From a virus, in the IMG/VR virus record IMGVR_UViG_3300034524_000084, positions 1 through 64,000 of that record: a stretch of 64,000 nt of DNA. One strand, given 5' to 3'. The position numbers and the translations under genes are program-made. The notes under the pieces are model-generated. The model was not told the DNA's origin. It worked only from the letters and a program-made list of their open reading frames with translations, and did not search any database. This document shows positions 40,895-48,510 of the stretch, in pieces; positions within the stretch are counted from its first letter, which is position 1, and each line of letters opens with the position of its first letter.

Positions 40895-41554
40895 GTTGAT
40901 AAAACAAATTATATTGTTAAATTAATAGATAAAAAACTTGCAAAACAAATAATAATAGAAAATCATTATTCTCACAAGTGGACATCATGTAAATATGCAC
41001 TTGGCTTATATGATAATAATATTTTGTTGGGAGTTGCAATTTATGGATTCCCAGTAGGACGACAAGTAGTTAAATCAATATCGCCAATCTTAGAAAACAA
41101 AAATGTTTTAGAGTTAACAAGATTTTGGGTAAGTGATTTAGCGGAATACAATACTGAAAGTTACTTTTTGAGTTAAACTTTTAAATGGTTAAGAAATAAT
41201 GATAAAGATGTTTGGGTGTTAATTGCATATTCTGATCCTATGTACGGTCATGTTGGTTATATTTATCAAGCTACTAATTGGTTGTATCAAGGGAATAGTA
41301 CAATGTTGGTAAAGGGTTATTTGCATTATGTTAATGGAGAGTGGTTACATCCAAGAACTTGTGTGGCAAGATATGGGACTATTAAATCCCATGAATTATT
41401 AAAAATAGATCCTAATTATAAAAGACGAGAAATGCCAAAAAAACATAGATATATTTATATTCTGAATAAAAAGTATAAGAAATTAATTTTAAATACTTTA
41501 AAACATCCAATATTGCCCTATCCTAAAAATAATAATGATAATGGAGGTATATAA
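40895..41554 (+). pseudogene. Mom-like (GNAT) adenine-modification gene, interrupted
   Basis: The frame upstream of ORF 41216 reads NHYSH...GVAIYG.P...LELTRF...NTESYFLS*TFKWL...YSDP..GHVGYIYQATNWLYQG. In-frame TAA at 41174-41176 and no clear start. Confidence 0.75.
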
Positions 41555-42143
41555 TTTGAGTAGTACTAATAGAAGTCAAGCAAGAGATTTTCACATTTCC
41601 GATTATTATGTTACTCCCACATCAGAGATAGTAAAATTTTTGTATGAATTTTTGCAAATAGAGAGTATAGAGATAGAATATAGAAAAAATATAAAAGTAT
41701 TAGATCCAGCAGCAGGGGGAGATAAAATACATAAAATGAGCTATCCAGAAGCTTTAAAAAAGTTTGGGTTTGAAAACATAGACACTATAGATATTAGACA
41801 AGATTCGCTTGCACAATATAAACAGGATTACTTGATGACTAATTGTAAAAACAAATATGATATGATAATAACTAATCCTCCTTTCAGTCTTGCTCTAAAT
41901 TTTATACAAAAAGCATTAGATGATGTAAAAGATGATGGATGGGTAATAATGTTACTACGTTTGAACTTTTTCGGTGGTAAACAACGCTTTGGGTTCTGGC
42001 AACATAATATGCCTAAGTATTGTTTTGTACATCATAAACGTATGAGTTTCACAGATGATGGCAAGACAGATTCTATTGAATATTGTCATATGGTGTGGCA
42101 AAAAGGATATAAATCTGAGTTCACGAAGTTGATGGTAATATAA
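41535..42143 (+). CDS. DNA adenine methyltransferase
   Basis: DYYVTP, LDPAAGG, ITNPPF, LLRLNF; likely start TTG ~41556. Confidence 0.85.
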   Translation: MIMEVYNLSSTNRSQARDFHISDYYVTPTSEIVKFLYEFLQIESIEIEYRKNIKVLDPAAGGDKIHKMSYPEALKKFGFENIDTIDIRQDSLAQYKQDYLMTNCKNKYDMIITNPPFSLALNFIQKALDDVKDDGWVIMLLRLNFFGGKQRFGFWQHNMPKYCFVHHKRMSFTDDGKTDSIEYCHMVWQKGYKSEFTKLMVI

Positions 42144-42210
42144 TAATGATTTAAATAAAATTGGTCTTTTATTAAAATCATACATTATAATAATAAGGAG
42201 ACGTGATTAT

Positions 42211-42930
42211 ATGTTAGAATTGAATAAGATTTACAATATGGATTGTTTAGAAGGTCTTGATTTATTAGATAATGAGTCAGTTGACCTCATAGTAACAAGT
42301 CCTCCTTATTACAATGCCAACAAAAAATACCAGCGTGGTAGTGGAATTCATTACACAATGGATATTGGTGAACCGCTTTATGTTGTTGAAGATATATTTC
42401 AAAAAAGTTATCGAATTTTAAAAAATGATGGTTTTTTGTGTATTAATTTAGGATTTTCATATGGTGAAACAGGTGTATTAAGACCATTTTATATTTTACA
42501 GCGAGCCATAAAATTAAAGTGGTTTGTTATTGATACAATTATTTGGGTTAAAACAAATCTAATTCCTATTAAAAATAGATTAACTAATGCATTTGAGTAT
42601 ATTTTTGTTTTAGCCAAACATCCACATACTGAGTATCCTTCTAAACCTACTTATGTAAAAAATGTTATCGAGACTTCTATATCTAAACCAAAAGATGCTT
42701 ATTTTCACAATGCAGTTTTTCCTTTAGAAATCCCTAAATTTTGTATTGAAATTTTTACTAAAAAAGGTGATATTGTTTTAGATCCTTTTATGGGTAGTGG
42801 AACAACAGCAATAGCAGCTTTAGAGTTAGGGAGAAAATTTATAGGATTCGAGATAAATCCTGAATATGTCGAGTTGGCTAATCAAAGAATTAAGAATTAT
42901 TTTAATGAAACAGGGAGCAAATCAAAATGA
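42211..42930 (+). CDS. Beta-class N4-C/N6-A DNA methyltransferase
   Basis: DCLEGL, VTSPPY, H.AVFP, VLDPFMGSGTT. Confidence 0.92.
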   Translation: MLELNKIYNMDCLEGLDLLDNESVDLIVTSPPYYNANKKYQRGSGIHYTMDIGEPLYVVEDIFQKSYRILKNDGFLCINLGFSYGETGVLRPFYILQRAIKLKWFVIDTIIWVKTNLIPIKNRLTNAFEYIFVLAKHPHTEYPSKPTYVKNVIETSISKPKDAYFHNAVFPLEIPKFCIEIFTKKGDIVLDPFMGSGTTAIAALELGRKFIGFEINPEYVELANQRIKNYFNETGSKSK

Positions 42931-43132
42931 TAATTGAAAGAAAATGGGCTATGCCTAATAAAATCTAACTTTTATTAGGTGGGATTATGGGCCTTATGCC
43001 CAAGCGATTAAGAGTGAATTAAATGACCTTATATTTTACGGTTTAGTAAAGAGGGAAACAGTTTGCTACCATGATGGAAGAAAAGTATATTTACATAAAC
43101 CTAGTGATACAAATATAGCAATCAAATTTCCA

Positions 43133-43477
43133 TTGGATGCCAATAAAAGGTATATAGCAGATAGAATTATTTTAGAGTTGAGTTATAAATCGTATGAAGA
43201 TATGATAAAGATAGTATATTCCACTCCTCCAATGGAAAAAATCCTTAAAGAAGAAGAAAGTACTGGATCAAAATTATATGGGAGGAGGTTGAATATGAAA
43301 GAGGCTGAGAAAATCTACAGTCCAACTAAAGAAAGATTAATAGCTGCTAGAAAAAGAAGACTGGAGAGAAAAAGCAAAGGTTCTGATAAAGAATATCTAG
43401 AATGTATTATTAAGGAATATACAGCATTAGAGCCCTTACGAAGGGAGGCATCAAAGGTTGGCATCTACAAATTATAG
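43133..43477 (+). CDS. Hypothetical protein (possibly 5'-truncated)
   Basis: Open frame with no clear RBS; overlaps the next ORF. Confidence 0.45.
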   Translation: MDANKRYIADRIILELSYKSYEDMIKIVYSTPPMEKILKEEESTGSKLYGRRLNMKEAEKIYSPTKERLIAARKRRLERKSKGSDKEYLECIIKEYTALEPLRREASKVGIYKL

Positions 43478-43682
43478 TTCCCCACAGTTTCTCAGTAAAG
43501 ATGATTTAATAGATGAGCGAACATTTAATTTTGGGGAGATATGGAAAATTAGAGATTGTCTTATTTCTATTCCAGATGCAGATAGAATAAATAGTAGAAA
43601 TGAACATTATTATGTGATAAAATTTAAAGGTGGGCATTCAGAAAAAATACCCACCCCAACTATTGACAAAGAGCCTATTTAA
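43458..43682 (+). pseudogene. Possible truncated PemK-like toxin fragment
   Basis: GGAGG RBS; FGEIWKIRD resembles the G-E-I-W start of PemK folds but the RP and TS motifs never appear. Confidence 0.3.
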
Positions 43683-43786
43683 TAATGGCTTTGCTTATAT
43701 CGGCTTTTATATGGTTTATTATTAAAAAACAAGATTAAAATAAAACTGGAGTTTTAGTGATATATAAATAATTCACAGGGGGAATA

Positions 43787-44878
43787 TTGATGTATAAGTA
43801 TCCGCTTGGATTAACACAACAGTTTAGGTTTTGTGGAAATCCATTTAGAATAGATACATACAAAGGTTGTGATTTTGGATGTTTGTATTGTTATGCAAAT
43901 ACCAGAAAGGGTAATTATAAAAATACATTTGATATAGCGGATTTTAATGTGATAGAAAGTATGTTTAAAAAAGCGTTTGAATCTGATAGAGAATATTCTA
44001 ATATTAATATTGAATTATTGAGGCATAAAGTTCCCCTACATTTAGGGGGAATGTCTGACCCTTTTCAAAGAAGAGAATGGAAATACGGACTTACTTATAA
44101 ATTATTAGAGTTAAGTAATAAATATAAATATCCTATAATTATTTCTACTAAAATTGCTAATTTACCTCAAAAATATTGGGATATATTAAATCCAGAAATT
44201 CATGCTTTTCAAATTAGCTTAATGGGATACAATGAGAATTTTGTTAGAAAATATGAAATAAATACCCCAACACCCCAAGAAAGAATTGAATTCATAAAAT
44301 TGTTAAAATCAAAAGGATTTTGGGTAGGACTAAGAATACAACCTTTAATTGATATTGATGAAGCTATATTATTAATCAAAAATGTTGAGCAATACAATAT
44401 TAACTATATCACTATTGAACATCTGAAAATTCCAGTTGATAATAAATCAACAAGGAAACTATTTGATGATGTTTTTAAAAAATATAATTTTTATAAACCT
44501 AAACAAGGTAGAGCATATGAAATACCAAGAAATATAAAGATAGAAAATATAAATAAAATTAAATCAATTACAAATATACCAATAGGTGTTGGCGATAATG
44601 ATTTACATGAGCTTACTGATACAAGAAACTGTTGTGGAATTGACACAATTAATAAAAACTTTAATAATTGGCTTAAATATAATTATACTTATTTTGCTAC
44701 AGCTAAAGGGACAGAAAATAAAAAAAATATATGGTATCCACAAAACAATTGTAGGTTTGTTTTGAATAGTGCTGACAGAGGAAGTAAAGATTTTAAAACA
44801 GTAAAGGATTATGTAGATTATTATTGTGAAACTTTTCAATATAGTGTTTTTAAAAGCAACCAAAATAATTCTCAATAA
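43787..44878 (+). CDS. Radical SAM protein (spore photoproduct lyase-like)
   Basis: DTYKGCDFGCLYCYA (CxxxCxxC), GGMSDPFQ, ISTK, RIQPLI. Confidence 0.88.
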   Translation: MMYKYPLGLTQQFRFCGNPFRIDTYKGCDFGCLYCYANTRKGNYKNTFDIADFNVIESMFKKAFESDREYSNINIELLRHKVPLHLGGMSDPFQRREWKYGLTYKLLELSNKYKYPIIISTKIANLPQKYWDILNPEIHAFQISLMGYNENFVRKYEINTPTPQERIEFIKLLKSKGFWVGLRIQPLIDIDEAILLIKNVEQYNINYITIEHLKIPVDNKSTRKLFDDVFKKYNFYKPKQGRAYEIPRNIKIENINKIKSITNIPIGVGDNDLHELTDTRNCCGIDTINKNFNNWLKYNYTYFATAKGTENKKNIWYPQNNCRFVLNSADRGSKDFKTVKDYVDYYCETFQYSVFKSNQNNSQ

Positions 44879-44927
44879 TTACACATAAAAATAATAATGA
44901 TTTACAAAAAATAAGGAGGTAATTTGC

Positions 44928-45236
44928 ATGACAGCAAATGAATATATGGAGAAATTATATTATGCTTTGCTTAAATACTTCGATAATGCAAATAAACCAG
45001 TTATATCTCCACGTGGGGGATTACTAGAAACAAAGAATGTATACGAGGGCAAAGAAGGATGTTTGAGATTAGCAAGAGAATTTGGATATGGATTAAAAGA
45101 TTACCCCGAAAAGGAAAGATTGGATGCAGCACAATCAAGTTATAGTTATTTATGTGTGCGAATATATAATTTTAAACCTCCTGTTTCTGCTAAAGAATGG
45201 ATTCAAGAAATAATGAAAACATGGGAAGATAAATAA
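44928..45236 (+). CDS. Hypothetical protein
   Basis: AAGGAGGT RBS. Confidence 0.7.
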   Translation: MTANEYMEKLYYALLKYFDNANKPVISPRGGLLETKNVYEGKEGCLRLAREFGYGLKDYPEKERLDAAQSSYSYLCVRIYNFKPPVSAKEWIQEIMKTWEDK

Positions 45237-45271
45237 CACATAAAAATAATAAAAATTTTTAAAAAAAACTC

Positions 45272-45299
45272 TTGACAAAGAAAAAATGTGTGGTATAAT
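45272..45299 (+). promoter_or_regulatory. SigmaA promoter of the cas12f locus
   Basis: TTGACA-N16-TATAAT with extended TG. Confidence 0.7.
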
Positions 45300-45389
45300 A
45301 TAAAATGTAAGCGTGAGGTGAATACAATGGATACGAGTTAAAAAATTTATTTTAAACGTACATAATAATAATAATAAGGGGTATGGTAA

Positions 45390-46763
45390 ATGGCAAAAAG
45401 AAAAAAAGAAAAAAGAACTATTATTAAAACACTAAAACTTGAATTGGTAGATGTTCTAAATTATCAACCACCTATTTCAACAGATGAAAAAGAATATACA
45501 AAAAAAGAAAAAGAAAGAATGCTTAAAAAAGAACTTAGAGATTTACAAAAAAGAATAGCGCAAACTAGCAATTATATTATGCGTGAATATTTTTTATGGG
45601 AATTGCGAAAAAATGCAGCTTCTAAAAATGGCATTGTGCTTAATGAAAAAGAAGAATTGGGTACCACACTTCAAAACAAAGGGTATAGAATCGCAGCTGA
45701 AACTTTGAAAGGATTGAATACAAGTAATATATCTGCTTTAACATCGTGGTTATGGGAAAATTGGAAGAAAGCCCGAAAAAGAGTATTGAATGGTAGTATA
45801 AGCTTGCCATCTTATGGTAATAAACAACCAATACATATTAATGGTAAAAATTATAAAATAATAGCATATAAAAATAATAATGAGTATATAATAGAAATAA
45901 CATTTTTAAGTCCTTCTGAAAAAAGAAATCGCACATTAAAATTTGTTACTGCAAAACAAGACAAATATCATCAAGATATTATGAACAAAATATTAAATGG
46001 CGAATACAGACAAGGCTCAGCACAACTTATTTTAGAAGATAATCCTAATAAAAATTTAAGTGCACAAAAAATATTTTTTCATTTTAATTATGAATTTATA
46101 CCAAAACAAAAAGAAGAAATATCTGACAGAATTTTAGGAATTGATTTAGGGCTGAAAAATGTGATAGCGATGCAAGTTTATGATCCACAACATCAACAAT
46201 TTATAAGTCTTGATAATAATGAGTGCGTGATAGATGGTTTAGAACTAGTTATTTACAGAAATAAAATAGAAGCTTTAAGAAATAAGATAAGTAAAGCAAC
46301 AAAATGGAAGGGGAAAGGTAATGTAGGTCATGGTTACAAAAAAAGAAATAAAAATGTATTAAATATACGCAAGAAAATTTCTAACTTTAGAAAAACTTAT
46401 AACTATAAATTAGCTAAATATATAATTGATTTTGCATTAAAGTATCAATGTAAATATATTAAAATGGAAAAATTAACAAGACATGGGTTTAGTGATACAT
46501 TACTTCAAAATTGGACATTTAATGATTTGCAAAACAAGATAAAAAATAAAGCTAAAGAAAATGGAATTGAGGTTTTATTTGTTGAACCGCAGTATACTTC
46601 TCAACAATGCAGCAAATGTGGATATATAGATAAGGAAAACAGGGAAACAAGGGATAATTTTAAATGTAAGAAGTGCGGTTTTGAAATAGATGCTGATATA
46701 AATGCAGCACGAAATATAGCACTTTCGGAAAAAATTATTAAAGAAGATGATGATGATGAATAA
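45390..46763 (+). CDS. cas12f1: Type V-F miniature CRISPR nuclease (Cas12f1/C2c10-like)
   Basis: RuvC-I GIDLG, RuvC-II KMEKL, RuvC-III DADINAARNI, zinc finger CSKC/CKKC. SLPSY, ILNGEY, GHG.KKR and LQNWT..DLQ.KI match AsCas12f1 as recalled; followed by an anti-repeat and an array. Confidence 0.88.
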   Translation: MAKRKKEKRTIIKTLKLELVDVLNYQPPISTDEKEYTKKEKERMLKKELRDLQKRIAQTSNYIMREYFLWELRKNAASKNGIVLNEKEELGTTLQNKGYRIAAETLKGLNTSNISALTSWLWENWKKARKRVLNGSISLPSYGNKQPIHINGKNYKIIAYKNNNEYIIEITFLSPSEKRNRTLKFVTAKQDKYHQDIMNKILNGEYRQGSAQLILEDNPNKNLSAQKIFFHFNYEFIPKQKEEISDRILGIDLGLKNVIAMQVYDPQHQQFISLDNNECVIDGLELVIYRNKIEALRNKISKATKWKGKGNVGHGYKKRNKNVLNIRKKISNFRKTYNYKLAKYIIDFALKYQCKYIKMEKLTRHGFSDTLLQNWTFNDLQNKIKNKAKENGIEVLFVEPQYTSQQCSKCGYIDKENRETRDNFKCKKCGFEIDADINAARNIALSEKIIKEDDDDE

Positions 46764-46764
46764 A

Positions 46765-46850
46765 TAGTACCTTGAAAATAAAATACGAGGTGTTTCCACA
46801 CCTCAAGCCGAGTTCGCCATTCTCGGCAATCCCTCATAGTAATAAAACAA
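46765..46850 (+). ncRNA. Predicted tracrRNA
   Basis: Hairpin GAGGTG-TTTCCA-CACCTC (loop pairs with repeat TGGAA), hairpin GCCGAG/CTCGGC, anti-repeat CAATCCCTCATAGTAATAAAAC at 46827-46848. Boundaries approximate. Confidence 0.75.
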
Positions 46851-46956
46851 AATGGCTGTCGTCGATCCCTAAAGGGTTTTGCATTATTGTACATCGACGA
46901 CAAAAAAGAGGATACATAACCTCGGAAATACAAGAAATATCGGTGTTTCAAAACGG

Positions 46957-47187
46957 GTTTTAATATAACATATGAGGGAATGGAATATAAAGGATATACT
47001 AATATATCTAATTCATTTATTTGTTTTAATATAACATATGAGGGAATGGAATCTGCTTTTCTGACTCTACCTATCATGTTTTCAATCCCTCGTTTTAATA
47101 TAACATATGAGGGAATGGAATGATGGTAGCAGGGTAAAATATAGAAACCTTGAAAGAGTTTTAATATAACATATGAGGGAATGGAAT
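46957..47187 (+). CRISPR. CRISPR array, 4 identical 30-bp repeats and 3 spacers
   Basis: GTTTTAATATAACATATGAGGGAATGGAAT at 46957, 47023, 47092 and 47158; spacers of 36, 39 and 36 bp. Confidence 0.96.
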
Positions 47188-47201
47188 AGGGAGGTGTTCT
47201 C

Positions 47202-47894
47202 TTGATAAAAATAGATAATATCACTATTACCAACCTTGAAAATGCTGTACGTGGAATGAGAAACCCACTTGAAAGCTGGCATAAATCTGACAGCTACTAT
47301 TGTGATGGCAACTGCGAACAATGCAGATTGTATGAACAACTTTGCTGGGCATTAGGTGATAAACCTTACATTTTAGGTAATAACGACCACAAGTTAGCTA
47401 TGACTCTTATAAGAGCAGGCACAGACCACGCAAAGTTTTTAAGACAAATATTTGTGAGTATGGACATTACAGCCCCATTGTACTGGTGGAAAGAAATGGA
47501 TACATATAAAATTGGGACAACAACAAATTCCACTTCAACAATGCATAAACTGGGAACAAGATTACTTAAAGAAGAAGACTTTAGTTGGGACAATGAAGAA
47601 GGCGAATTTGAGGATTCTACTTTCAGGCAAAATTATTTACTTGAGCTTAATAGAATGATTTATAAATATCAAGAATATAAAGCAAAAGGTGAACATGAAA
47701 AAGCAAAAAATTTATGGAGAAAAATTGTGCAAGACTTACCCTCGTCATACAATCAAATGCGCACATGGACAGGCAATTATGCAGTGTTGAGAAATATATA
47801 TCATGCACGCAAAAATCATAAACTCAAAGAATGGAGAGATTTTTGTAAGTTTTTAGAAGAATTACCTTATGCAGAATTTATAATAGGAAAGTGA
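47202..47894 (+). CDS. ThyX/Thy1-like flavin-dependent thymidylate synthase homologue
   Basis: GMRNP, H.KFLRQI, ITAPLYWWKE.DTY, S.STMH, LP.SY.Q.R, R..HKL.EW. Confidence 0.7.
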   Translation: MIKIDNITITNLENAVRGMRNPLESWHKSDSYYCDGNCEQCRLYEQLCWALGDKPYILGNNDHKLAMTLIRAGTDHAKFLRQIFVSMDITAPLYWWKEMDTYKIGTTTNSTSTMHKLGTRLLKEEDFSWDNEEGEFEDSTFRQNYLLELNRMIYKYQEYKAKGEHEKAKNLWRKIVQDLPSSYNQMRTWTGNYAVLRNIYHARKNHKLKEWRDFCKFLEELPYAEFIIGK

Positions 47895-47905
47895 GGGTAA
47901 TATAA

Positions 47906-48148
47906 ATGTATGATGTGTTTAATTTATATAGTCTATATAAAGGATTGAAGGATTATTTAGAAGAAGAAATTCTAAAGTATGAAAGTTATATTAAGTACTA
48001 CAGAGAAAAAATAAAAGAAACACCGTCTGATTCTCCAGAATATGATGAAACAATAGTCAATTTTTGGGAAATGAAGGGAATATACAAAGGATTTAAAAAT
48101 ATACTGGGTTTCTTAGAAGAGCTTGAAAAAGAATATTTAAAAAATTAG
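47906..48148 (+). CDS. Hypothetical protein
   Basis: ORF in operon. Confidence 0.6.
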   Translation: MYDVFNLYSLYKGLKDYLEEEILKYESYIKYYREKIKETPSDSPEYDETIVNFWEMKGIYKGFKNILGFLEELEKEYLKN

Positions 48149-48158
48149 GTGATTAATT

Positions 48159-48419
48159 ATGTCAAATAAAATTTTAGTTGAATATAATAATAATAATGAT
48201 GTTGTTATTGAAATTGGCAGAAAAATAAAACTCAATCTTACTTTACAAGAAGCATATCAACTTTGTAATGAATTAGAAAAACTGTTATATGACGAAAAAT
48301 CTTACTCCGAATTAGAGGATGAGGTATTAGGATTGGAATTGCGAATTAGAGAACTTGAAGACCAATTAAGCAACTATGAAGAATTGTTAGACACATACAA
48401 CTATTATCACAACTGGTAA
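48159..48419 (+). CDS. Hypothetical protein
   Basis: ORF in operon. Confidence 0.6.
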   Translation: MSNKILVEYNNNNDVVIEIGRKIKLNLTLQEAYQLCNELEKLLYDEKSYSELEDEVLGLELRIRELEDQLSNYEELLDTYNYYHNW

Positions 48420-48510
48420 TTATATGTGCTTTTTAAGGGGGGTGAGATATGGAGTAGCAATTGGGTTTATACACAAAAACTAATATAGCAATTATAGGAG
48501 GTAGGTTTTA

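Noticed and set aside
45390-46763. Ordinary IS-associated TnpB
   Set aside because: No IS end hairpins or tnpA; it has an anti-repeat, an array and Cas12f1-type motifs.
46987-47022. Spacer 1 reverse frame INELDILVYPL resembling the C-terminus of type IIG R-M enzymes
   Set aside because: Eleven residues with a mismatching Pro; too weak without a search.
46601-47339. Minus-strand ORFs with repeated SIPSYVILK / FHSLICYIK peptides
   Set aside because: These are translation shadows of the CRISPR repeats.
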